Source: Thermoproteota archaeon
Lineage (GTDB): Archaea > Thermoproteota > Thermoprotei_A > Sulfolobales > Ignisphaeraceae
DNA: 64,000 nucleotides
NCBI GenBank assembly: GCA_030550585.1
Contig: JAUQPB010000001.1
Coordinates: forward strand, 96,001-160,000
Direction of reading: 5' to 3'
The position numbers and the translations under genes were made by a program. The notes under the pieces were generated by a model, which made no database searches, was not told where the DNA came from, and saw nothing but the letters and a program-made list of their open reading frames with translations. Positions 39,555 to 49,449 of this stretch are shown here, one piece after another; position 1 is the stretch's first letter; every line of letters starts with the position of its first letter.

Positions 39555-40266
39555 CGTCTATCCTCACCCCAACAACCTCAGCAAGACGAAGATAGACTTT
39601 TAGAAGAAGACCAACATCTCTAGTCCTTCTAAAAATCTCTTTATCAAGATGATTATTGTTCTCGTCAACAACTCTGAATGTATCTCCAGAAATTTCGTCA
39701 GCCAGAATTATTTCCCCAGATCTAGACCTGCCAAACTCGAGCTTTATGTCGATGAATCTAAGGTTTTTTGACTCGAAGAACTTAGTTAAAATCTCGTTTA
39801 CTCTTAGGCTAACACCCTTTATAGTTTCGATATCACGAGCGTCTAGAATTCCTGTCCGTATAGCATCCTCCTCCAAGATAAGCGGGTCGTGCAGATCATC
39901 ATCTTTGTAATGAAATTCTATGAGAGGTGGCTCAAGTTTTTGCATAGGTTTGTAAAGAGGCATTCTCCTGATTAGAGAGCCATAAGCATAGTTTCTGATT
40001 ATAACCTCTAGAGGTATAATCTCAAGTCTTCTGACCTTAATTCTTCTCGAACCATCATAGTCTATGAAATGAGTTTTAATTCCAGCATTTTCAAGAAGTT
40101 TAAAGAAAAACACAGATATTCTAGCAGCTAGAACACCCTTGCCTAGGGCAACAGCCTTCACGAGACCGTCAGCAGCTGTAACATCATCTTTAAACTCCAT
40201 CACAAGAGTATCTTCATCAACAGCATAAACGCGTTTGCTCTTACCTTCATAGATAAGCTGTAGCAT
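39535..40266 (-). CDS. purC: SAICAR synthase
   Basis: YEGKSK, EFKDDVTA, PLEVIIRN, DIKLEFG, ADEISGDTFR. Confidence 0.96.
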   Translation of the reverse strand: MLQLIYEGKSKRVYAVDEDTLVMEFKDDVTAADGLVKAVALGKGVLAARISVFFFKLLENAGIKTHFIDYDGSRRIKVRRLEIIPLEVIIRNYAYGSLIRRMPLYKPMQKLEPPLIEFHYKDDDLHDPLILEEDAIRTGILDARDIETIKGVSLRVNEILTKFFESKNLRFIDIKLEFGRSRSGEIILADEISGDTFRVVDENNNHLDKEIFRRTRDVGLLLKVYLRLAEVVGVRIDDVYASY

Positions 40267-40488
40267 CGACACTTTAACCACATTTACTTTAATCGTGTAA
40301 TACTCTATATAAACCCCACGTTTACATATCCCAAAATATTTATACATAAACTATGCAAACATTGGTTTATATCATACTTTTGTTCGCAGCCTATATAACC
40401 TATTAGCTGTTTATATTAAATGAAACGCATGCTTCATAGTAGACCTTATTAAAACTAGAGTCTGTAACTTCTATATTGAGGTGTGAAA

Positions 40489-42276
40489 ATGAGAAATGCT
40501 ACAAAAACTCTGTTGGGCCTGCTCTTCATAGTAATGGCTGGCCTAGCAATAATGCCGCAATTTGGACCACTGCCAGCATTTGCAGCTACGCAACAAGCTG
40601 GCCAAGCAAATGCCACTATAACCGCTAACGTCTCTTATCAAGTGCTTTTGGCAAAAGCAATTATACTTAGAGAGATGCTCGGCAAGGCACAGTCTCTGAA
40701 TATATCTGCCGAGCTTAAATCAGAGATATCAGCGCTTCTAGCTGTTAACATCTCCCAGCTACCTGCTGATGAGCTTACGGTGTGGGTTGCCAACGCATCT
40801 AAGGCTCTTGCAGATATCAATAAGGAGATTAGAGTAGGTGGAAAGGCATATGCCGTTGGAGTTGCTCTGGAGAGGTTCATGAATGGGCTTAGAATAGCTG
40901 TTGAGAATAGGGTTAGAGAATTTGAGAAGAGATACAATATTACATTCCCTGTTGAGAGCGTACTAGCCAACATGTCGAGGGCTAGGGACATCAGAGAGTT
41001 CAACAGGTATCTAGAGGAGCTTAGAAAACAGTTTGAGTATGAAAAGATGGATAGATTCGCCAATGCAACACTGAATATAGCGTCTATGGAGCTTTCCAGG
41101 GGTACAACAAAGGACTTGGAGAATTCTTTGAAGCATCTAGATATAGCTATAGCCATTCTAAACAGAACCGTTGAGAGGCTTGAAAAAGCCAATGTATCCG
41201 AGACAACTGTACAGGCACTTAGATTGGCTATCAGCAAAGTTGTTGAAGCTAGAAATATTGTTGCCAACATCTCTAAGCAGATAGCTGTTGAGAAACCTGC
41301 AAACATTAGCAAAGCTATCTCAAGGATTGTCGAAAACAAGACTGAAGAGGCTTTGGAGGAGCTGGAGGAGCTAGAAACCAAGTTGCAGAGCCTGAAGAAC
41401 ATATCTATGGAGGTCAACGCAACTTCTATCATGAAACAAGTAGACGAGCTTTTGCAGAAAGTCGATGAGCTGAAGCAGAGAATTGCCAATGCAAGTGTAG
41501 AGGATTTGGCTAGGTGGATGCCGGAGCTAGCCGAGATAAAAGCTATGGTCAAAATCATTAGAGAGTCTTTAGAAGGAAAACCAGTGATGCCAAATATAGA
41601 GATACCAAAGATACTGCCAGTAAGAGACGTTGAGAAGGCCTACAACATAACTATTGAGAAAGCCAAGGAGTTGTTATCTGAGGTGAAGAAGATGTACAGC
41701 TACATAGTAAACAACACAAAGGGTGGTACCATGTGCATACAGACATATCCACTACCACCATTCTGCAGATTCATGAACGCCAACTTCATGAAGTGGGTAG
41801 AGAACGCTATCAACATGTCAGAGGATCTCATCAACGAAGCTGTTAAACAGTATAGCGCAGGCAACAATTTGACTGCACTAATACTTGCAAATAGAGCCTA
41901 TGCAATGCTACAAATGGTCAAAGCACAACTAGAGCCCTTGTACAACATGCTCATCAGAACCTCCAAAGAGACCACAACACCTGTGCAGATCACCTCCATA
42001 GAGGTCGAAGAGGCAAGGTTAGAACATGTCAAAGGCTATAACTATGAGCTTACCCTAAAAATTAAAAACAATGGAAATAGCACAGTCAAGATATTGAGTG
42101 TAGGTATTATGATGCCAGGAATTCCACCAAAAATTGTGAATGCAGATATTGGTCCAGGGGCTGAAAAAACAATAACAGTTAGCATAACCATCATCCCATC
42201 GCTATCAGAGAAAACCGTAGACGTCGTCATAATGACGTCAGCAGGAATGATAACTACTACTGCCGAGGTAGAGTAG
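40489..42276 (+). CDS. Secreted/surface glycoprotein candidate: signal peptide, long coiled coil, C-terminal beta (Ig-like) domain
   Basis: Basic plus hydrophobic N-terminus ending AFA; heptad E/K/L/A-rich helices; about 20 N-x-S/T sequons. Confidence 0.75.
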   Translation: MRNATKTLLGLLFIVMAGLAIMPQFGPLPAFAATQQAGQANATITANVSYQVLLAKAIILREMLGKAQSLNISAELKSEISALLAVNISQLPADELTVWVANASKALADINKEIRVGGKAYAVGVALERFMNGLRIAVENRVREFEKRYNITFPVESVLANMSRARDIREFNRYLEELRKQFEYEKMDRFANATLNIASMELSRGTTKDLENSLKHLDIAIAILNRTVERLEKANVSETTVQALRLAISKVVEARNIVANISKQIAVEKPANISKAISRIVENKTEEALEELEELETKLQSLKNISMEVNATSIMKQVDELLQKVDELKQRIANASVEDLARWMPELAEIKAMVKIIRESLEGKPVMPNIEIPKILPVRDVEKAYNITIEKAKELLSEVKKMYSYIVNNTKGGTMCIQTYPLPPFCRFMNANFMKWVENAINMSEDLINEAVKQYSAGNNLTALILANRAYAMLQMVKAQLEPLYNMLIRTSKETTTPVQITSIEVEEARLEHVKGYNYELTLKIKNNGNSTVKILSVGIMMPGIPPKIVNADIGPGAEKTITVSITIIPSLSEKTVDVVIMTSAGMITTTAEVE

Positions 42277-42321
42277 TAGCACAGCAAAAACATATGAATT
42301 AAATGAATTAAAATCAATTCC

Positions 42322-42327
42322 TTTTTT
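42322..42327 (+). terminator. Oligo-T terminator candidate
   Basis: T6 tract about 45 nt after the tandem TAG TAG stop. Confidence 0.4.
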
Positions 42328-42443
42328 ATCTCCTATTCACATTACTGCCTTAGTCTATCGGATTTTTAAAGAGTGCTGAAAATGTGTGCTTAGCTTATTT
42401 TCTGTGTTTATCAGAATTTTTGTAGTCTCCACGTATTTGGCTG

Positions 42444-43451
42444 GTGGTTTTGTTGGAGCTATTTTTAGGTGTCAAGAAATGTCTGCTGTTTTTCGCTGTT
42501 GGTGGTGGAGGTGATGTTGCGACAGCATCTATGCTTGCGCTGGCTGCTAGAAGACTTGGTCTAAGGTCTTTTGTTGCTAGTGTAGTTTGGGAGAGGTTTG
42601 TTGTGGATCCTGTTCCAGGCCCTATCAAATTTGATGAGATTTCTGGTGGTAGGCGTATAGGCGATTGCTCTATGCTTGTTGATGGCAATTCCAAGGCTTT
42701 TAGAGGTGGTAGGGAGGTTGTTTTCCAGGCGGCTAGAGCCTCTAGGTTTCTTGGAGAGCCTATTGCCATTATCGATCTTGTAGGTGGTGTCTATGGCGTT
42801 AGGAAGGGTTTGGAAGAGGTGTTGAATCACTTTGGATGCGAAACTGTTGTGGCTGTTGATGTTGGGGGAGATATTGTTGCAACAGGTTTTGAAGAGGATT
42901 TGTGGAGCCCCCTAGCAGATTTCACAGGGCTTGCGGCATTGGCCCAGCTAAAAGGTGTTGTAGCTGTTCATTCTCCTGGAGGCGATGGGGAGCTACCCCA
43001 AGACTATGTTTTGAAGAGAATCTCGCTCATAGCAGAGCATGGTGGCTACCTCGGGGCCAGGGGCGTTACTAGAGAAGATGTTGAGAATCTTGAGAAGATA
43101 CTTGAGTTTGTTGAGAGCGAGGCTAGTAGGGCAACACTATTAGCTGCTAAAGGTGCTTGGGGTTACGTTTCTCTTCGAAAGGGTAGTAGAGAGACCTTCA
43201 TATCACCAGTGAATCTATTGACCTTCTTTCTAGACTCAACTGTCGTGGCATCGCTGAACCCTGTCATAAGGTACATCGAAAATTGTAAAAACATCGAATG
43301 TGCAAGAAGAAAACTCAACGAGCTTGGCATATTCACAGAGCTTGATCTCGAGGAAGAGGTGTACAAGCTAATCCAAAGAGGTGTTGAGATAACAGGAGAT
43401 GTTCTCCTAGATATAAAGAAAAGGTTTAGAAAATCTATCAGCAAAGGGTGA
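42444..43451 (+). CDS. DUF1152-family protein
   Basis: GGGGDV, WERFVVDPVPGP, VDVGGD, SPLAD, DGEL; start uncertain (GTG near 42469 possible). Confidence 0.85.
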   Translation: MVLLELFLGVKKCLLFFAVGGGGDVATASMLALAARRLGLRSFVASVVWERFVVDPVPGPIKFDEISGGRRIGDCSMLVDGNSKAFRGGREVVFQAARASRFLGEPIAIIDLVGGVYGVRKGLEEVLNHFGCETVVAVDVGGDIVATGFEEDLWSPLADFTGLAALAQLKGVVAVHSPGGDGELPQDYVLKRISLIAEHGGYLGARGVTREDVENLEKILEFVESEASRATLLAAKGAWGYVSLRKGSRETFISPVNLLTFFLDSTVVASLNPVIRYIENCKNIECARRKLNELGIFTELDLEEEVYKLIQRGVEITGDVLLDIKKRFRKSISKG

Positions 43452-43489
43452 GATCATCACCTCATCAGCTCTTCCCTCTATCATCACAT
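43436..43489 (-). ncRNA. Box C/D guide sRNA (sR-C)
   Basis: Minus strand GTGATGA-TAGAGGGAAGAG-CTGA-TGAGG-TGATGA-TCTCACCCTTTG-CTGA; both guides 12 nt. Confidence 0.85.
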
Positions 43490-43756
43490 ATAGTTAATGG
43501 ATCTGCTAGCCCTGTTCTCAGCCTCAATCAATGCAACAACATTTTGCAACCCCTTTACAAAGCCCTCTACAACAATACCCTCATACTTTCTAAACAACTC
43601 GTTAACAACTTTCTCTGCATCGCTTCTCAAAGGCTTCAACTCCAAAACAATGCAGACCTCTACATAATCAGCTATATCCGCACATACCCTAGCAGAGGTC
43701 GTACTAACCTCCTCTACAGTGACCTTGCCGATTCCCGGAATATCAAAACTTTTCAT
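43484..43756 (-). CDS. Hypothetical protein
   Basis: 90-aa ORF with host-like composition; its TGA stop lies in box C of sR-C. Confidence 0.6.
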   Translation of the reverse strand: MKSFDIPGIGKVTVEEVSTTSARVCADIADYVEVCIVLELKPLRSDAEKVVNELFRKYEGIVVEGFVKGLQNVVALIEAENRASRSINYM

Positions 43757-43833
43757 AGCTATCAGATATAGCCTCTACGCAAAAGAGTTAATTAGCTGAA
43801 ACGATGTTCTGTATCCAGCAGAGGTTATTCAAT

Positions 43834-44397
43834 ATGATTTCGAGAGAAGAGGCGCTGAACCTTTTGAGAAGGTATCTCAGAGATGAGAAGATGGTAAAAC
43901 ACTGCATAGCTGTTGAAGCGATTATGAGAAGCTTGGCGAAGAGGTTAGGCGAAGATGAGGAGCTGTGGGGGTTAACAGGCCTTCTACACGATATAGACTA
44001 CGACTATGTGAATAGGGATATGGGGAGACATGGACTTGAGGCACTAAATATTTTGAAGGGTCTACTACCAGACGATGCTTTACAGGCTATAGCAGGTCAC
44101 AACGAGCACAACGGATTTGCGGTAACAGGTGATAGGGCTAAGAGGCTTCTCCACGGGCTGAGAGCCTCTGATCACGCATCTGGACTGATAATAGCGACGG
44201 CGCTTGTCATGCCAAATAAGAAAATCTCTGAGATTAGGTTAGAGACCCTGATGAGGAAGTTTAGATCAAAGGACTTTGCAAGAGGTGTTGACAGAAACAG
44301 GATAATGGAGATAGAACAGCTTGGTCTAAAGCTAGAGGAGTTTCTCAGTCTAGCACTAGAAAGCTTAAAGAACATCTCTGCAGAGCTTGGATTGTGA
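43834..44397 (+). CDS. HD/HDIG-domain phosphohydrolase
   Basis: KHCIAV, GLLHDIDY, GHN, FARGVDR. Confidence 0.9.
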   Translation: MISREEALNLLRRYLRDEKMVKHCIAVEAIMRSLAKRLGEDEELWGLTGLLHDIDYDYVNRDMGRHGLEALNILKGLLPDDALQAIAGHNEHNGFAVTGDRAKRLLHGLRASDHASGLIIATALVMPNKKISEIRLETLMRKFRSKDFARGVDRNRIMEIEQLGLKLEEFLSLALESLKNISAELGL

Positions 44398-44405
44398 AAC
44401 CCACT

Positions 44406-44876
44406 TTACCTGAATACATCTATTATTTGGGGATTCAGATATCTCAGAAGATCCTGGACTTTCACCTTGTACAACCTGTTTAGAGATCCCCCACCACATA
44501 CAACATAGTCTAAAGACAGTATCTGAGGATCCATCAACACCCTCAACAACTTTACCCTCGGTGACAATGGTGTAACCGCGCCAACCTCAACACCGAGAAC
44601 CTGTTTGACCTCCCAGCTTTTGGCAAGCTCAACCCTTTTTCCAAGCAACCTCTGCATCTTCTCAACATCAACCCTTCTATCGCCCCTCACAACAGCTACA
44701 ATATACTCGTTGTCTGCCCTCATTAGAAGAGTCTTCACTATAGATGATTTCGGATAGCCACTTAACATAGAGGCTTTCTCGACAGTCTCCACAGTATCGC
44801 TAAACTCCATAACCTCGACCTCAACACCATCGATAAGATCCTTCCAAACCCTTTTAGCCTGCACACCCATATTCAA
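44406..44876 (-). CDS. YbaK/ProX aminoacyl-tRNA deacylase
   Basis: IVKTLL, GAVTP, CGGG. Confidence 0.88.
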   Translation of the reverse strand: MNMGVQAKRVWKDLIDGVEVEVMEFSDTVETVEKASMLSGYPKSSIVKTLLMRADNEYIVAVVRGDRRVDVEKMQRLLGKRVELAKSWEVKQVLGVEVGAVTPLSPRVKLLRVLMDPQILSLDYVVCGGGSLNRLYKVKVQDLLRYLNPQIIDVFR

Positions 44877-45264
44877 AACCTCTTAACAACACCTCTGCTA
44901 CAAACATTATTCTGTAAAAACCTGACATACTTTCCAGTAAAAATCTCTTTCTTCACTGGAGATATCCATTTTGTCTGTAATATATAGAGCTATCAAAAAT
45001 CAATGCTCATAATAATGGCAAGGAGATTTAGATTATATGGTAGGAAAATAACATACGTTTTTATAGGTGCTTCTTTTACAATCCTCTTGACCAATACTAT
45101 CTAATGCTGTACCCGAGTTCAATAATTTCAGATGTTTGATGCCCAGTAAAATAAACAATATCAACTATGGATATTGTGTATCGATTTACATTGCTACACA
45201 ACTCTTAAATAATCACAGTCGAGCAATCTTTATTACACATTGCTAAGGTAGGTTCTACCAGATG

Positions 45265-46278
45265 CTATGTAGTTCTAGATCTTTTGTTTCTAGCAAAGTT
45301 CTTGACGTCTGGATTTATAGCGTTTGGAGGTTCTTCGCCTCTGAGAACGCTTATGACGTTCTCTGCAACTGCTATTGCCATGGCTTTTCTACACTCTTCT
45401 GTTAGCCATGCTATGTGGGGTGTTAGTATGGTGTTTCCAAGTTTTGTGATTTCATCGTCTGGTGGTAGTGGCTCTGCATAGAAGACGTCGAGTGCTGCTC
45501 CAGCTATTCTGCCGTTCTTCAGCGCTTTTACAAGGGCTTTGTGGTCTACTACAGCTCCTCTGGAAATGTTGACTAGGATGGCGTTTGGTTTCATTAGAGA
45601 GAATTCTCTTTCTCCTATCAACCCTCTTGTTCTATCTGTTAGGGGGACGGCCAATACTATGAAATCAGATATTTTGAGTAGCTCGTCTAGCTGTGCATAT
45701 TCTATCCCTAGCCTATTTTCGTATTCGGTCTTTCTCTCAATGTCATAGTATACCACCTTTAGTCCGAAGCCCCTAGCCCTCTCGGCTATCCTAGAACCTA
45801 TTCTGCCAAGACCCACAATACCTAGTGTCTTCCCCTTTAAGCCAAAACCAACAAGAAACCTGTTTTCAAATGGGCTCTCAAACCATTTGCCAGACCTGAC
45901 AAAGTTGTCTGCCTCACAAACCCTTCTAGCCAAGCAGAGAAGCAGTGCTATGGCGTGGTCTGCCACAGCATCGAAAAGCTCTTCAACAGGTGTTGTTGTT
46001 ACCCATATGCCAAGCCTTGTAGCAGCATCAACATCAATGTTATCATATCCAACGCCGTGCCTGGCTACAACAAGAAGCCTTTCAGAGCTCTCCAAAACCC
46101 TTCTAGTAAATGGCTCTGCACCCATAGATACAACAGCGTCAAAGTCTCTTATAGCGTTGATAACCTCATCCTCTTTTCTAAGAGGCTTTGGAGCTATAAC
46201 AACCTCGGCTACATTTCCAAGCTTTTTAATACCCTCATCATGTATAGGAGCTGTTAGTAAAACCCTGGGCCTTCTCAT
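45265..46278 (-). CDS. D-2-hydroxyacid dehydrogenase (glyoxylate reductase/glycerate dehydrogenase-like)
   Basis: GVGYDNID, GLGRIG, NISRG, DVFYAEP, TPHIA. Confidence 0.92.
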   Translation of the reverse strand: MRRPRVLLTAPIHDEGIKKLGNVAEVVIAPKPLRKEDEVINAIRDFDAVVSMGAEPFTRRVLESSERLLVVARHGVGYDNIDVDAATRLGIWVTTTPVEELFDAVADHAIALLLCLARRVCEADNFVRSGKWFESPFENRFLVGFGLKGKTLGIVGLGRIGSRIAERARGFGLKVVYYDIERKTEYENRLGIEYAQLDELLKISDFIVLAVPLTDRTRGLIGEREFSLMKPNAILVNISRGAVVDHKALVKALKNGRIAGAALDVFYAEPLPPDDEITKLGNTILTPHIAWLTEECRKAMAIAVAENVISVLRGEEPPNAINPDVKNFARNKRSRTT

Positions 46279-46350
46279 TACGAACCACAAAAAAAGTTAG
46301 CTAAGGCTATAACTTTAAATTTTTGCGATTTTTGCGAATAGCTAGAGCCC

Positions 46351-47136
46351 GTGGTGGATGAGTTGTCTAGACTGAAAAAGATGCTAAGGAATAGAGAGGT
46401 GGCGCTAGGAACTTGGATAACCATAGGGCATCCAGATGTTGTTGAAGCCATATCGACTCTTCCAATAGATTGGCTCGTATTTGATATGGAGCATGCGCCA
46501 TTAGATATCTCAACGCTAGAGATTCTTCTAATGGGTGTGAGAAACCCTGATATAGCCTCTATTGTGAGGGTCCCATGGAACGACATGGTAACGATAAAAA
46601 GGGTTTTGGATGTTGGGGCAACAGGTATTCTAGTCCCATGGGTGAATACAAGAGCAGATGCTGAAAATGTTGTTAGGTTTACTAGGTATCCCCCTGCTGG
46701 CATGCGTGGTGTGGGCCCTAGAAGAGCTGTTCTCTATGGCGCTATAAACTTCCTAGAATACTATAAGAGGTTCGAGGCAGAGGATCTTGTTGTAGCAGTC
46801 CAGATCGAGACTGAAGATGCTTTAAAAAATCTAGAGGATATTGTGAGTGTCAAAGGCATTGATGTATACTATGTTGGGCCAATGGACCTGACAACAAATC
46901 TTGGGATACCTACCGAATATGATAATCCAAAATTTGTTGAAGCTCTACATAAGGTTTTAAAAACTTGTGAAAAGTTCGATAAGGTTCCAGGTATACATGC
47001 ATTCGATGTAGACTCTGCAAAGAAGTTTATTGAAATGGGGTTCAGATTCGTGGCTTTAATGACAGATATAAGTATATTGAGAAGCTCGCTTGCAAAGACC
47101 ATAGAGCTTGTTAGACCAAGTACCAGAATGGCATAG
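46351..47136 (+). CDS. HpcH/HpaI class II pyruvate aldolase
   Basis: FDMEHAP, VRVP, LDVGA, QIET, GPMDL. Confidence 0.92.
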   Translation: MVDELSRLKKMLRNREVALGTWITIGHPDVVEAISTLPIDWLVFDMEHAPLDISTLEILLMGVRNPDIASIVRVPWNDMVTIKRVLDVGATGILVPWVNTRADAENVVRFTRYPPAGMRGVGPRRAVLYGAINFLEYYKRFEAEDLVVAVQIETEDALKNLEDIVSVKGIDVYYVGPMDLTTNLGIPTEYDNPKFVEALHKVLKTCEKFDKVPGIHAFDVDSAKKFIEMGFRFVALMTDISILRSSLAKTIELVRPSTRMA

Positions 47137-47166
47137 ACAAAGGTTTTTGCGTCTGGTACATAGATC

Positions 47167-48834
47167 ATGGATGCAACATATCAGATCTTCATCCAACTTC
47201 TCCTAGGTTCTGTTCTGGGCTGGCTGTTTAGAAGTGCAGGTCAAAGCAGTTTCATCGGCTATGTTATTGGAGGTTTTGTAGCTTCTCTAATTATGCAACA
47301 AGGCTTTGGAAGCTCTTTTGCCTCTCAACTAGACTTTTTGAAGAGCCTTGGCTTAACACTCTTCTCATTTGAAATAGGGCTTTCAATAGGTATTGAAAAA
47401 CTCACCAAATCTCTAAGCAGAGTTATCGTTGTTGAAATGGTTGCATATTCCATCATATGGTTTTTAACAGCATTGCTATCTATTGAAACATCTCTAAATA
47501 CATTCGAAAGGATATTCCTGTTTCTGGTTCTAATGGACTGCTCGTCGGTGGCCATAAACCTAGTTAGTAAAATAAGTGACGATGACATAAGATCCCTAGC
47601 AATAGTACAATCAAATTTCGAGGATCTTGCCCAGTTCATAGCATTTTCAATGATCTTCACAGCTGGGATTGCAAAACCTGATCTCATAGCTATATTAACC
47701 AATGTACTTAGAGTAATAGGGTTAACAGGTCTTCTAGCATATGTTCTCAACTTAGCTATGAAGAGATTTTATAGATGGATCAATAACATGGATAATCTAT
47801 CCAGATCTCTATTGTTTCTCTCAATAGCATTGCTATACTCAACCCTTGTTCAAGGCCTTAACCTGCCCACACTATTTGGAGCGTTCATAGCTGGCATTGT
47901 GTTGTCTAGCTATGTGAGAGGTGATGAAATCAGTATCATGAGTGGTTTAAGAGAACTTGGACTCCTCCTCTACTTCTCTTCCATAGGAACGCAGATAACA
48001 GCCTCTACCTCAGCCAGTTTATCGAATATCATGACGCTTGGCTTTGTCTATGCGATCGCAGGTGTTTTTACACGATTCATATCCCTGTCCCTCGGCGCAC
48101 TATTTATTGCAGTAAGAGCTGATGCCATACCATACTATGCAGCATCTTTATCATCTATTAGCGAAACATCAATAGTATTTGCAGATACACTTATCCAACA
48201 AGGTGTTCTAAACCCAACATTCAAATCCATGACAATTACAACAGTCATCATATCGATGATCCTATCACAAATGTTATTCAGCAATGCAAGTAGATTTAGC
48301 ACAATCCTAACTGGCTTAATGCCACGAAATGTCAGAGTATTCTTCACAATGTTATCTCATCTACTTTTAGAGAGTAGTGAAACTTCCATTAAACTTGGAT
48401 CAGAATTGGTCAGGTTTTTAATACCATCACTTCTAGCCACATATATTACATACATAGCTTCTGCAATTCCAATACCAACACAAAACGTGCGTATAGGAAT
48501 GGCTGTGGCAACATCTATAATAGCATACATTGTTATTGTCATAAACTTCTATAAAACATTGAATTCGATAATAAATTTCCTAGATCTGAAATTCGAGCAG
48601 AGAATTCAAAACTGGAACGCAGTTTCATTGGCTTCGAATGCCATAACCATTGTATTGGTAGCTATATCTATAATTCTTCTCTTTAACGTAACCAATACAA
48701 TGTTATCCGAAGACTTTGTCCAATCATCTTTTCACAGATATCTAGCGGCATTGATTCATGTAATTACATTTGTCTTGTTATTCTACCTAATTATAACGAG
48801 AATTAGGGTGAAAATACAAAAATCACGGAATTAG
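47167..48834 (+). CDS. CPA2 (KefB-like) cation/proton antiporter with extra C-terminal TM helices
   Basis: GYVIGG, FEIGL, FEDL, GAFIAG, SE motif; fully hydrophobic to the C-terminus. Confidence 0.8.
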   Translation: MDATYQIFIQLLLGSVLGWLFRSAGQSSFIGYVIGGFVASLIMQQGFGSSFASQLDFLKSLGLTLFSFEIGLSIGIEKLTKSLSRVIVVEMVAYSIIWFLTALLSIETSLNTFERIFLFLVLMDCSSVAINLVSKISDDDIRSLAIVQSNFEDLAQFIAFSMIFTAGIAKPDLIAILTNVLRVIGLTGLLAYVLNLAMKRFYRWINNMDNLSRSLLFLSIALLYSTLVQGLNLPTLFGAFIAGIVLSSYVRGDEISIMSGLRELGLLLYFSSIGTQITASTSASLSNIMTLGFVYAIAGVFTRFISLSLGALFIAVRADAIPYYAASLSSISETSIVFADTLIQQGVLNPTFKSMTITTVIISMILSQMLFSNASRFSTILTGLMPRNVRVFFTMLSHLLLESSETSIKLGSELVRFLIPSLLATYITYIASAIPIPTQNVRIGMAVATSIIAYIVIVINFYKTLNSIINFLDLKFEQRIQNWNAVSLASNAITIVLVAISIILLFNVTNTMLSEDFVQSSFHRYLAALIHVITFVLLFYLIITRIRVKIQKSRN

Positions 48835-48848
48835 ATGTCTATGCTCAA

Positions 48849-49403
48849 CTACATTTTCTCAGATTCCTCAACAATTTTCTTAATCTGTGAAACATTCTCA
48901 GCAATTCTCTCTATGTTTACACCAATTGATTTTAGACGAGATCTCAAATCCTCTACCTTGCTTTTCAACATGGCGTTTTCTCTCTTTAGCTCCTCAACCT
49001 CTTTACTAAGCTTCTCAACTTCCTCAGGTTTTGCAGATTCTACAACAGGTATTGAGAGCTTTAGCTCACCTTTTACAAGCATTTCATAGGTTTCCTTGAC
49101 CAGCTTACCGGCCTTTGTCTCTCCCCTCAAATGTTTTCTAATTGTTGCCTCTGTTCTCCCCAGCTCTTCAGCTATTCTACTTATTGGGTAGCCCGCTTTA
49201 TCCATTGCTAGAGCTGCTGCTGCAACCGCTAGGCTGTCTAACCATGTGGTGAACTCTTCGCTAGATAGAATTGTTTGAACAACATCTGATCTGAACATAG
49301 TGCCTATTATTAATGCTGTTTCGAGTTGCTTTATCTCTCTTCTTGACAGCGGTGTCACAGGTATTTCAATGGGTATGGAAATTTCTTTGACTGGTAAAGA
49401 CAT
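48849..49403 (-). CDS. Archaeal HTH transcriptional regulator (COG1318-like) with coiled-coil tail
   Basis: TWLDSLAVAA, IAEELGRTEATIRKHLRGETKAG. Confidence 0.8.
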   Translation of the reverse strand: MSLPVKEISIPIEIPVTPLSRREIKQLETALIIGTMFRSDVVQTILSSEEFTTWLDSLAVAAAALAMDKAGYPISRIAEELGRTEATIRKHLRGETKAGKLVKETYEMLVKGELKLSIPVVESAKPEEVEKLSKEVEELKRENAMLKSKVEDLRSRLKSIGVNIERIAENVSQIKKIVEESEKM

Positions 49404-49449
49404 GCTGTTCCCACTATAGAGTAATTCTTGGTATATAGAATTAAAAGTT

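Noticed and set aside
40638-41558. 306-aa minus-strand ORF
   Set aside because: Antisense shadow of the coiled-coil protein; composition mirrors sense codon bias
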